The notes below the pieces were generated by a model. The model had not been told where the DNA came from. It was given only the letters and a program-made list of their open reading frames with translations, and did not search any database. Positions 40,671 to 50,216 of a stretch of DNA of 64,000 bases are shown piece after piece; the first letter of the stretch is position 1; every line of letters starts with the position of its first letter. The stretch comes from a virus (lineage: Duplodnaviria > Caudoviricetes): positions 32,001 to 96,000 of IMG/VR virus record IMGVR_UViG_3300038300_000071; one strand, given 5' to 3'. Position numbers and translations under genes: made by a program.

Positions 40671-41342
40671 ATGTTAAAAGGAATAAGTTTAAATATACTT
40701 TTTGCCTTCTTCATAGCAATGTTCAGCTCTTCTGCTGGAATTATCACTCTTGACTCGGATGCAAGTCTTTCCAGTGTGGGAAATTACACTAAAACCAAAA
40801 TAAAGAAACCGAAGAGCGAGGTGTTTACTTATGGCTCTGGGATCGCTAGTGTATTCAAAACTGGAAAGCCGAAAAAGGGAGATGCGACACCAGAGAGCGA
40901 ATCAAGAGCTTATTTTGTTTTCGATTTATCCGAGGTGACTACCGAGATACTGAATGCTAGTATTGATTTCAGCGGCAGCGGTGATATTTTGAACTTTGAG
41001 TTTTTTCAAGTTAAATCAAATATAGAAGATTTGCGAGATGGGGTCGGAAGCGGTGCTCAGTTTGAGGAGTTTTATGATGACTTAGGGAAAGGCGTAAGAT
41101 ATGCAAATGGTAAAAGCACTAGCTTTAACTTCGATTCAGCATTGATTGATATGAATAATACCAGAAGTCTAGGAAGTTCTTTATTTGCCTTTGGTGTAAA
41201 GAGTAAAGATAAGAAATACTTCCTCTTTGAAAATGTCAAACTAACCTTGACGACTGCGGTTCCTGAGCCTAGAGAAATCCTTCTTCTCCTGACAGGTGTC
41301 ATTTCAGTGTTTCTCCTCCGCCGTAAGAAATCATTGGCTTAA
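40671..41342 (+). CDS. PEP-CTERM surface protein
   Basis: N-terminal signal peptide; C-terminal VPEP + TM helix + RRKK. Confidence 0.85.
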   Translation: MLKGISLNILFAFFIAMFSSSAGIITLDSDASLSSVGNYTKTKIKKPKSEVFTYGSGIASVFKTGKPKKGDATPESESRAYFVFDLSEVTTEILNASIDFSGSGDILNFEFFQVKSNIEDLRDGVGSGAQFEEFYDDLGKGVRYANGKSTSFNFDSALIDMNNTRSLGSSLFAFGVKSKDKKYFLFENVKLTLTTAVPEPREILLLLTGVISVFLLRRKKSLA

Positions 41343-41425
41343 GTGTTATTGAGATATTTCCTTGGTATATTTTTTCAATATTTAGGGGTTGTTGACAGAT
41401 ATTAACTACAACAAGGGATGAAAAG

Positions 41426-41866
41426 ATGTTAAAAGGGATGGTAATGTTTATATTGGTTGCATTTATTGCTTCCAGCTTAACTTCATGCGGTATTATGCAG
41501 ATCACTCCGGGTCTTACTGGAAGCGGTGTTTATGAGCTAGGAGAAATAGGTGGTGTTAAGTATTACACTGTTCACTCTAGCCATATTGCAGGCCCAAATC
41601 AGACTGTAATGGTTTCACACGACACGCTTAAAGAAGGAGCAAGGCCTGTTAATATCGCTGTTAATGGCGGAGAAGGAATTGGCAAGTCTATTGTGGGAGC
41701 AGTTGGAAGTGTTGGATCTTCTTATGTGTTCGGAAAGTCTTTAAAGCCATCGAGTGAGAGCTCTTCTGTTGATGTGTCGGGAGGAAATGCTGCAGGAGGC
41801 GATGGAGGTAGTTCAACTTCCAGAGGTGGAAACGCAACTTCCAGAAATACCAACAATAATAGATAG
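41426..41866 (+). CDS. putative lipoprotein
   Basis: Signal peptide with LTSC lipobox; G/S-rich tail. Confidence 0.6.
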   Translation: MLKGMVMFILVAFIASSLTSCGIMQITPGLTGSGVYELGEIGGVKYYTVHSSHIAGPNQTVMVSHDTLKEGARPVNIAVNGGEGIGKSIVGAVGSVGSSYVFGKSLKPSSESSSVDVSGGNAAGGDGGSSTSRGGNATSRNTNNNR

Positions 41867-41884
41867 AAATTAAATTAAAGAGTC

Positions 41885-41913
41885 AAAAGGCCCCACCTTG
41901 GTTGGGGCCTTTT
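41885..41913 (+). terminator. intrinsic terminator
   Basis: aaaaggcccca...tggggcctttt. Confidence 0.75.
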
Positions 41914-42252
41914 GTTTGAACCTGTTTAATGGGTGATAATTGCACTACAAATACTTAGAGTGAAAACAGCGGATATTTAGACATATTGAGAAAATTATAG
42001 GATGAAAAACCTGTATGTAAGATGTTAGTTTGCAGTTAATTGTAATCATATCAGATTTTCCTAAAAATTTCCTATTATTATAAGTAGTATTCATACCGTC
42101 CAAGGCCTGCGCCATTTATTAGCTCCATATCTTTCGTAAAAAAATAAGAAATCTAGGACACTGAGATAAAATATATCAATAGACAAATTAAAATCCTCAA
42201 CAACGCAGTGCATGTTAGATTTAATAAGAGAAAATTCGTACAGGAGAGAAGA

Positions 42253-43068
42253 ATGCAGTTGATAAAAAAAACAAACGAACACGTTAGAAGATTAAAATCT
42301 CGACTTACTGGGATTGATTATCAGCTTGTCTTTGGTGGGGCTGTCAGAGATTCATTAATGGAAAGAAGTTACCAAGACGTAGATTTATTTTTCACAGACA
42401 GGACAAAATATATAAACACTGTGGGAAGATTGTGTGAAGAGGGATATTCGATAGTAGAGTTGTGCAGGAGAAAGTGGTCAAAGAATTTCATTTGTTTGTT
42501 CGGCAGGTATGAGAAAGAAAACCGTTTTAATAAATCGGGAAAAGAATTTGTAGATGTGATGTTGTTTGATTGCACAGAGGAAGAGTTAATTGCAGATTTC
42601 AAGTTGAGTTTTGATTTTGGTGTAAACGTGTGTTATATGAAAGATGGCGAAATTTATGCAAGTGACAGGTGCTTAAGTGAAATAGAGGATGGTGGTGTTT
42701 TAGAATTAGTGTCTGATAAAATTTCAATAGGGAACTGTATTGTAAGGGCTGAAAAGTTTCGAAGCAGAGGTTTTAAAGTCGGATCTAGTGTGATTGGATA
42801 TATTATAAAAGAAATAGAGCTGATGGAGGATTCTCCAGAGGATTACGAAAGTTCGAGATATATTAAGGTTCATGGTGGATATGGAACCTATTGTAATATA
42901 AAAGGCAAAAAGTTATATAGAGATTTTTTTAAACTAATTGACGAGGATACATTAATATTGGCAATGATGAGCAGTAGTGAAAAGATATTAGATTATTCTA
43001 AAAATAATCACAATAAGAAAATCAATAAGAAAGGTGTAGTTTCTAAAATAAGGAATTTGTTTGCATGA
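42253..43068 (+). CDS. CCA-adding/poly(A) polymerase-family nucleotidyltransferase
   Basis: FGGAVRD-x8-DVDLF, FDFGVN. Confidence 0.7.
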   Translation: MQLIKKTNEHVRRLKSRLTGIDYQLVFGGAVRDSLMERSYQDVDLFFTDRTKYINTVGRLCEEGYSIVELCRRKWSKNFICLFGRYEKENRFNKSGKEFVDVMLFDCTEEELIADFKLSFDFGVNVCYMKDGEIYASDRCLSEIEDGGVLELVSDKISIGNCIVRAEKFRSRGFKVGSSVIGYIIKEIELMEDSPEDYESSRYIKVHGGYGTYCNIKGKKLYRDFFKLIDEDTLILAMMSSSEKILDYSKNNHNKKINKKGVVSKIRNLFA

Positions 43069-43943
43069 AATACAACGCAGAGGTTATAAGTATAGAGGAG
43101 GTCAGTGAAAATCTAAGAATATTTAGAATAAAGCCTGATTTCCCTGTCAATAGTTATGAAGCTGGCCAATATACCACTTTGGGGTTAGATGGGAGCGAAG
43201 CTAGAGTACCAAGAGCGCAAAAGGAAGAGTTGGCCGAGGGAATGCTTAATAAAGTCCAAAAGAGGGCTTACAGCATATCTTCTCCGGTTTTCAAAGAGGA
43301 TCATGATTTGGTAGATCATAATGAATTGGATTATTTAGAGTTCTATATTTCATTAGTACCAGTTGGGCACAAGAGTTATCCTCCTTATTTGACTCCGAGA
43401 TTGTTTATGCTTAAGGAAGGCGATAGAGTAAACATGGGAAAGAAGATAACGGGTAATTATCTTTTAGGAGATGTAGATGATAAAGATACGATTATATTTA
43501 TATCTACTGGAACTGGATTGGCTCCTCATAACCCGATGTTGTCAAAGTTGCTAAGAGATGGGCATGAGGGGAAAATAGTTATAGTTGAGTGTAATCGTTA
43601 TAGCTGTGAGTTTGGCTATAGTACGCAGATAGAAGAAATTGTCGAATCTTATCCTAACGTGTTTCATGAAGTAATGATTACATCAGAGCGCGAAGATTAT
43701 TACATACAGAATTTATTTTCTGAGAATGTTTTAGAGGATAAGTATGATTTCAAGATTGAGGCGAAGAATACAAAAGTGTATCTTTGCGGAAGTCCTAGAA
43801 TGATTGGCGCTCCTAAGTTGGTAGATGGCAAAGAAGTATTTGACAACAAAGATGGAATGGTTTCACTCCTTCAGTCAAAGTATGGATTAAAGTCTAATTA
43901 TGAAAATGACGAAGGTCAGATTAATTTTGAGAAGTATTGGTAA
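43065..43943 (+). CDS. fpr: ferredoxin--NADP(+) reductase
   Basis: GQYTTLG, RAYSISS, TGTGLAP, YLCGSP, C-terminal EKYW. Confidence 0.9.
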   Translation: MKYNAEVISIEEVSENLRIFRIKPDFPVNSYEAGQYTTLGLDGSEARVPRAQKEELAEGMLNKVQKRAYSISSPVFKEDHDLVDHNELDYLEFYISLVPVGHKSYPPYLTPRLFMLKEGDRVNMGKKITGNYLLGDVDDKDTIIFISTGTGLAPHNPMLSKLLRDGHEGKIVIVECNRYSCEFGYSTQIEEIVESYPNVFHEVMITSEREDYYIQNLFSENVLEDKYDFKIEAKNTKVYLCGSPRMIGAPKLVDGKEVFDNKDGMVSLLQSKYGLKSNYENDEGQINFEKYW

Positions 43944-44282
43944 GAGTGTAAATGGGAGTAGAAACATGGAGAGAGTAGAATTGAAGTTGAAAGATTGTGA
44001 TTTAGATGCAGTTGATCTAGATGGTGGTTGTTGGGGCTTTGGAAGTATGTATGGCAATGATTGGCATATATATCATGTAGATGATCATCTTAACGAAACC
44101 TCCTATGCCTTCCCTGAGTGGTTAAACGATTTGATTAATGCTAAATACAATCAAGGATCGGATGATAAAGTGAGCGAGATAAGAAAGGCTTTAAATCTGT
44201 GAGAAGGTGGAAGTTTTAAATTTAACATATTTTAAATAAAAAAACCCTTTTTAGTGAGTTATTAACTAAAGAGGGTTTTTTT

Positions 44283-44687
44283 GTGGACAAAATGACAGTA
44301 TTAAATGGGATAGCGGCCATCAGCAGCATGAATGATAAATTCCAATATATAATAAATTTAGCGAAAGCGGCAGATGGTCTAGATGATTCAGAGAAGGTTC
44401 ACAAATATAAGATAAGAGGATGCAATTCCAAATTGTGGTTAGTTCCTAAGTTTGAGAATGGTCTTGTTGAGTTCAGAGTGGATGGTGAGGCGATGATACC
44501 TAAAGGAATAGGAATTATATTAGCCTTGGCTTATTCTGGGATGACGCCTGATGAAGTTATTGGAAAAGATCCTATCTTTTTAACTCAGTACGGGATAACT
44601 CATCACTTGACAGCCAGTCGTAGAAACGTCCTCAGTGGATTATACAAACAGATGAAATATTATGCTTCTGCTTATAAGAACATGTAA
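44283..44687 (+). CDS. sufE: SufE-family sulfur acceptor
   Basis: IRGCNSKLWL, DGEA.I.KG, LTASRRN. Confidence 0.85.
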   Translation: MDKMTVLNGIAAISSMNDKFQYIINLAKAADGLDDSEKVHKYKIRGCNSKLWLVPKFENGLVEFRVDGEAMIPKGIGIILALAYSGMTPDEVIGKDPIFLTQYGITHHLTASRRNVLSGLYKQMKYYASAYKNM

Positions 44688-46337
44688 GGCCTCGGATTGA
44701 ATTGTCATTGTTTAGAGGATATATTAAGAGTGAATACAAGTGTGCTGAATTAGAATTCGTATGAATAAAACTTTTATTTTATTCCTTTTTATACGGGTGC
44801 TTACTTTTTTAGGATAAAATTAAATATATAATCTATCATTTTAAAAGGATCGGAGGCATACAATGAACTTGCATAGCGCAATTGGTGATCTATGTTCATC
44901 GTGCGAAGAAGTTGGGAGATTATCTCAAGCTATTGATCTTATGTACGCAAAGAACGAAATTGAAGACGTATATTCAAAAGAAGAAGTTTCAAAGAGGGAG
45001 TCGGAAGTCCATGTTAAGATTTGCAGATGTAATAATCTTAGGGTTGAGATTGAAGGTTTCATCAAGGCGGAATTAAAACGAGGCGGGTGAATGCAATCTG
45101 GAAATGTAGTTAGATGTCTGAGGGCCGAGTCAGCAATTGATCCTTATGGCAGTTCTTATGAGAAGACAGGATTAAAGGATGGCGCATATTATTTGGTAAT
45201 ATTGAATTCTAATGAAAAGTTGAAGTTATTTGGAGTTAGAGGATATTTCAAGAAGGATTTATTTGAGCTCAAACATGATGTGGAGTATCATTCTCTTCCT
45301 TGGTTTAAGAAAGATTATTCTAAATGTGGGAATTGGGTTCTTGTTGATGGGATGAATTGGAGGTTTAAATATTCTTCCAACACTTACGGAGGCCCAGATT
45401 ATCCTAAGATAAAGAACGCATTGTTTGTAGACCCTCATTCAGTAGAGAGAGTGTGCGAAAGTTAAGAATTTGAGTTATTGTTCGTATAGTTGTATGTGAG
45501 TATAATTGGAATTGAAGGAATTGATGATGGCGCTTGGTAATGGATTAGACGTGTCTTGCTTTAACTACATTGGAGGGAATTTAACTTCAATGCCTTCGGA
45601 GGTGGAAGTTGCCTACACGAACAAGATAAAAAATTTAAATAAGATGGTATCGGTTTTATCAGAGGAAGTGGATTTGGATAAATTCGATAAAAGTTTCAAA
45701 GGCAATATAGAGGAAGTTTTAGAAGAACGCTACAGAGATAAGATAGAAGGCCATGAGTCTTTAATCAATTTATTGAAGGGTGAGATTTTAGAACATGAGT
45801 CTCTTATTGATAAAATTAAAAGTTTAGGTGGTGTGGCTGGTGGTGAGTTGCTTGAATCTTACAGATTATGCAAGGGCGAATTGGCAGTTGCGCAAAACAT
45901 AAAAGAGAAGGATTTATGATGTCAATATTTAAAGATATAAAGCTATTGGATGCTCTTGAAAGCGGGTGTATAACTTTACAAATGAAAAATTGTTACTCCA
46001 AAGAGGTTGATTTGGTGTGGAATGGAATAGCGAAGCACATATTTACAGATTTTTATTTCCTAGAGGTTGAGATTGCGGACAGCAAAGATCCGGCAGAAGA
46101 AGTTCAGTATTGGAAGGTATTAAATAAAATCTTCGAAGAAGTAATTGAGATAAATACCAGAAAAGATTTAGTAGCAAACATAATTTATGCAGTTTCTTCA
46201 GGTTATGTTCCGGTTGGAGTTCCAAAGTCATTCCTTGATAACATTGTAAAGTCATACAAAAACCACACAAAAGGCATCGATTTATTTAAAAGAAGAGCTA
46301 AGGATAAATAAAAGATTATATTTTTTCAACAAACAGT

Positions 46338-46366
46338 TTGCAAATTAAGAGTTGTTAAAGTATATT
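46338..46366 (+). promoter_or_regulatory. sigma70-type promoter of tRNA operon 4
   Basis: TTGCAA-17 nt-TATATT. Confidence 0.8.
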
Positions 46367-46410
46367 GTTAAATAACGAAAGATTAAAATTTATTTAAGAG
46401 AAGTAGAAAA

Positions 46411-46497
46411 ATGAAAAACTTTACAGAAAACACAACACATCTAGGCCTTGTACTTCATGGTACGTGGTTTATGGGTTGTATTGGGTTTTCTGAATAA
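46411..46497 (+). CDS. attenuator leader peptide 4 (MKNFTENTTHLGLVLHGTWFMGCIGFSE)
   Basis: F/T/H/L(CTN)/G(GGY)/W/M codons match the downstream tRNAs. Confidence 0.85.
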   Translation: MKNFTENTTHLGLVLHGTWFMGCIGFSE

Positions 46498-46523
46498 GTA
46501 TATTTTTACATATATAGTTTTAG

Positions 46524-46557
46524 AAAGCCCTTTGAGAAATCCTCAAAGGGCTTTTTT
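46524..46557 (+). terminator. attenuator terminator 4
   Basis: aaagccctttgag-aaatc-ctcaaagggcttt plus T run. Confidence 0.88.
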
Positions 46558-46563
46558 GTTTTT

Positions 46564-46636
46564 AGGGAAGTAGCATAATTGGTAGTGCAGTGGATTCCAA
46601 ATCCAAAGGTTGTGAGTTCGAGTCTCTCCTTCCCTG
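46564..46636 (+). tRNA. tRNA-Trp(CCA)
   Basis: tt-CCA-aa loop, G73. Confidence 0.93.
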
Positions 46637-46943
46637 CTTAAAGATAAAGGAAAGAAAAAAAATGATTACGATTAAAGATTTTTGCGAGAAGCATGAAATA
46701 GAGAGAAGAGTAGAGAAGTATGGTGATTATAGCGATTTGTATGTGGATATTTGTAAAAGGTATAAATCGGAAGTAGAGGTTTGGTTTGAGATGGGTGCTG
46801 ATGGAAATGATTGCAAGCATATGTTAAGATATTATAAGGAAGGAGATTTGAAGGAATACTTTAAAGAGTTTTATGGTTTTACAGAGGAGATTCCAGAAGG
46901 GATGTTATCTGTAAGTGATAGTGAAGAAGTGGAGTAAAGATAA

Positions 46944-47017
46944 GGCGTGTTAGCTCAGTTCGGTAGAGCGGTTGATTGAAGCCCAACAGGTCACTGGTTC
47001 AAATCCAGTACGCGCCA
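46944..47017 (+). tRNA. tRNA-Phe(GAA)
   Basis: tt-GAA-gc loop, A73. Confidence 0.9.
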
Positions 47018-47019
47018 CT

Positions 47020-47092
47020 TCCAGAGTAGCCTAATTGGTAAGGCGACAGATTGTGACTCTGTTAATTGCGGGTTCGAGTCCCGTCTCTGGAC
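47020..47092 (+). tRNA. tRNA-His(GTG)
   Basis: acaga-tt-GTG-ac-tctgt, C73; no encoded G-1. Confidence 0.9.
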
Positions 47093-47094
47093 TT

Positions 47095-47180
47095 TGGATG
47101 ATGCACGACTGTCTTAAGGCAGTTAGGATAAGGCGCTCCGATATAAAGGAGAGATTCGTTGGTGAAAATCCAGCCATCTA
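47095..47180 (+). ncRNA. degenerate tRNA-like RNA
   Basis: tggatg/catcta stem, three hairpins, 8-nt central loop. Confidence 0.4.
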
Positions 47181-47205
47181 TTTTTTGAAGAAGAAAGAAA
47201 TTTAT

Positions 47206-47278
47206 GCATGTGTAGCTCAGTTGGTAGAGCAATGGATTTGTAACCCATAGGTCAGGAGTTCGAGCCTCCTCTCATGCT
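47206..47278 (+). tRNA. tRNA-Thr(TGT)
   Basis: tt-TGT-aa loop. Confidence 0.9.
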
Positions 47279-47283
47279 TACAT

Positions 47284-47356
47284 AAGTATGTAGCTCAATT
47301 GGTAGAGCATCTGAATCATAATCAGAATGTTGCAGGTTCGAGTCCTGTCATGCTTA
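47284..47356 (+). tRNA. tRNA-Met(CAT), elongator type
   Basis: tctga-at-CAT-aa-tcaga; paired 1:72, no GGG/CCC anticodon stem. Confidence 0.8.
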
Positions 47357-47360
47357 CTAT

Positions 47361-47434
47361 GTCAGTGTAGCTCAATTGGCTAGAGCATCTGGTTGCCAAT
47401 CAGAAGGTTGCAGGTTCGAGTCCTGTCACTGATA
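47361..47434 (+). tRNA. tRNA-Gly(GCC)
   Basis: tctgg-tt-GCC-aa-tcaga. Confidence 0.85.
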
Positions 47435-47483
47435 TTGAAGTTTAGGAAATGTTAAATTAAAATTATTTACATGGGACTTACAG

Positions 47484-47975
47484 ATGCGATCAAAGAAGGG
47501 GTTGACGGCGAAGGATATAACTGCTGGCATATTTAAGCATTTTCATAAGAAGAGCAAGTGGATAATTGAAAGTATCTACTTGCTTTTTGACAGTGAGAGT
47601 GACGTTGTAACGATGTCAAAAGCAGGATATATTACAGAGTATGAGGTAAAAGTTGCGCTGAGTGACTTTAAAAGAGACATGGCAAAGAGGTATAAGATGG
47701 GAAGAGTGTCTAAGAATAAGCATTCTGCGTTATCTAGCGGTAAGACGGGAATAAAGCACTTTTACTTCTGTGGCCCAAAGGATATGATACCTTTAGAGCT
47801 TATACCGAGTCATGCAGGCTTAATGGAATTCTGGAAGCAAGGAGGAAGGGTGAGGTATAGGATTGTAAAGAAAGCTCCTACTCTTGTGAACGCGACTAAG
47901 GCGTCTTTTAAAATGGAGAAGAAAATTATAACTTCTATGAAGTGGAAGTACATGAACAAAGTGATGAAAGAGTAA
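47484..47975 (+). CDS. PD-(D/E)XK nuclease-like protein (MmcB-like)
   Basis: ESDV...EYEVKVALSDFKRD. Confidence 0.65.
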   Translation: MRSKKGLTAKDITAGIFKHFHKKSKWIIESIYLLFDSESDVVTMSKAGYITEYEVKVALSDFKRDMAKRYKMGRVSKNKHSALSSGKTGIKHFYFCGPKDMIPLELIPSHAGLMEFWKQGGRVRYRIVKKAPTLVNATKASFKMEKKIITSMKWKYMNKVMKE

Positions 47976-48074
47976 AAGATGTTGAAGACTAAGAAATAGA
48001 GTGTTAAATTAATATAGTGGAGTTGAAAATTATAGGACTGCCATTATAGTAATTTAGAAATAAGGAAGTTGGCT

Positions 48075-48266
48075 ATGGATTACAATGTAATAGTTTTTAA
48101 AGAGGATGGAGATTTTATTGCAACGTGCAAGGAGATGCCTAGCATTTCGGGAATAGGAGACACAAAGCTGAAGGCAATAGAAGAGTTTCACATTGCAATT
48201 TCTCTTGCAAAAGAGATTATGGATGAGCAGGGAACTCCAATGCCGGAAAGAATTGATGGAGTATAA
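48075..48266 (+). CDS. HicB-like antitoxin (solo)
   Basis: F.ATC.EMP.ISG.GDT..KAIEE...G.PMP pattern. Confidence 0.7.
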   Translation: MDYNVIVFKEDGDFIATCKEMPSISGIGDTKLKAIEEFHIAISLAKEIMDEQGTPMPERIDGV

Positions 48267-48722
48267 GTGGTTTTTTTGTTTTCCTTGTGGTGGGCCGTCC
48301 ATGATTTGCATGGATTGCGATGCTTCAATTTGTACAGGAGGTTGTAGGCATGCTACGGAGTTATTTGAAGTTGAGCCTAAGTTTTGGGATGAAGACGACA
48401 CAAAGGACGTGGGAGATATTACACCTAAGAGAGCGAAAGAGTTGATAGGCGAATGGAATGACTATGGAAGGAAGATGAGGAGTGGTTGTCTTGGAATACT
48501 TGAGAAAAAAGAAATATGAGGTGTAGATTGACATGTTGTTCAGATCTCTTGGAAAGGAAGCACTTTGGTTGGGTTCTTAGTCGATCTTGGGATGTTTATC
48601 GCAAGAGGTGTCTTATAGATTTCGAAACTTTAGATGGTGAAAGTTTTACAGTTCCGATTGAAAATCTTTGTGGAGATTCTCCGAGTGGATTTTTGATTGT
48701 GGGAAATAAAGAAGAAATACAC

Positions 48723-48795
48723 GCCAGTGTAGCTCAGTTGGTAGAGCAGGTCACTTGTAATGATCAGGTCAACGGTTCGAATCCGTTCACTGGCT
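48723..48795 (+). tRNA. tRNA-Thr(TGT)
   Basis: ggtca-ct-TGT-aa-tgatc. Confidence 0.95.
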
Positions 48796-49059
48796 TTAGG
48801 AAAGAAGGAATAGATTAAGTGGTTATAGATGTAGAGATTGATAATTGTTGTGGTGGAGGTCATTGTGGGCCAGTACCCGGATATACTTATGAATGTCCAG
48901 TATGTGAGAAGAGCACGATGTGTAGGACTAGGAATGGACGTGCTCTTGATGTTGATGAAAGTTTAACTTGCTCATTATGCAAGGAAGAAATAACAGTTGT
49001 AGAAGTGTTGAGTGATGGAACATTCGATTTTGATTTTGAATTGTAAGTAAGTTTATTAT

Positions 49060-49169
49060 GCCGGAGTAGCTTAATTGGTTAGAGCATAAGTGAAGCGCAT
49101 CATCGGAGACTAGTTAATCCTTTGTTGCTAGTATCTTAAAGGTTGCAGGTTCAAGTCCTGCCTCCGGCA
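49060..49169 (+). ncRNA. tRNA-like RNA with roughly 40 nt insert replacing the anticodon loop
   Basis: Perfect acceptor, D and T arms; no 7-nt anticodon loop. Confidence 0.65.
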
Positions 49170-49191
49170 CTTTTTAGGTAATAAGTTTTAT

Positions 49192-49294
49192 GCGGGAGCC
49201 TGTTGGTTAGGGCTTAGTGAAGAGTATTTTGATGCACCTGGTTAAATCATAATGCAAGTAGCTTTGTACGGGGGTTCGAATCCCTCCTTCTGCT
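49192..49294 (+). ncRNA. tRNA-like RNA with elongated central stem
   Basis: gcgggag/cttctgc acceptor, gggggTTCGAATccctc T arm. Confidence 0.5.
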
Positions 49295-49350
49295 TTGGTT
49301 TTAAAGTATAGGCGAATTAAATAAGATATTTTGGGAAAGGGTGAAACTGA

Positions 49351-49986
49351 ATGATTAGTCATAAACATAAGTTTATTTTTTCGCATGTTCCCAAGGTTGC
49401 TGGAACATCGATAGAGATTTCTTTAAGGCCATATGATGATTCTGGCTTTAAGTGGGGATTAAGGAATGATGATTTGGGAAATGCGATTGCAAATCATAAG
49501 GATTATTTTGTATTTGGATTTGTTAGAAATCCTTATGACAGGTTGGTATCGGCGTGGAAGATGTCGAAGGTAAATGGAAAGCATGATATGCCATTTAGGG
49601 ATTATGTGACGTGTGTTGGCAAATTCCTATCTCATGATTATGAAACGTTGATAAAGTTGTACAGAAGTAATAAGTGTTGGAAGAATGGATATCCTTTGAC
49701 GATGAAGGATGCGGGATTTTTAGACCCTGTTCATGATAAGTATCATACTGTATATCAGTGGAACTTTACTTATGGTTGTAAGTTTGTAGGAAGGTATGAG
49801 CGTTTGGATGATGATTTTAAATTGGTATGTGAAGTATTAAAGTTGAATGTTGATGATCTTCGGAGGGGAAATAAGTCTGGGGATGGCAGCAATTACAAAG
49901 AGCATTATGATAAAAATTTGCAATCTCAGGTGTATGAAATGTACAAGCAAGATTTCTTAATGTTTGGTTATCAATACAAGCTGTAG
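49351..49986 (+). CDS. sulfotransferase family 2 protein
   Basis: HVPKVAGTS (5'-PSB), FVRNPYDRLVS (3'-PB), D...FGY. Confidence 0.88.
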   Translation: MISHKHKFIFSHVPKVAGTSIEISLRPYDDSGFKWGLRNDDLGNAIANHKDYFVFGFVRNPYDRLVSAWKMSKVNGKHDMPFRDYVTCVGKFLSHDYETLIKLYRSNKCWKNGYPLTMKDAGFLDPVHDKYHTVYQWNFTYGCKFVGRYERLDDDFKLVCEVLKLNVDDLRRGNKSGDGSNYKEHYDKNLQSQVYEMYKQDFLMFGYQYKL

Positions 49987-50216
49987 TTTGTGCTTAGATA
50001 ATTTTTTTATAATTCTCCAGAAATTATAAAAGGAGATTTAAAAAAATGAAATACGAATGTTTTGATTGCAGTTCAATATTTGACATAGATGCATCCAATG
50101 ATGGAAGTTGTCCAAGTTGTGGAAGTTCTAATGCGGCGCGGTATAATAATGACTATGCTAGATATGATGATGAAGATGAAGAGAGTTATAAAGATGAGTA
50201 TGATGACTAAGTTTGA

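Noticed and set aside
20475-46560. T-box riboswitches as the control elements of the tRNA operons
   Set aside because: The leaders are short and AT-rich, lack the UGGNACC T-box bulge and stem I, and instead contain codon-biased ORFs.
21967-47250. ORFs overlapping tRNAs (21967-22341, 22654-22881 5' part, 30640-30894, 36739-36963, 37320-37502, 47035-47250)
   Set aside because: These are translations of tRNA sequence (for example RRDSNPQ, GSNPIG); the RNA interpretation is far better supported.
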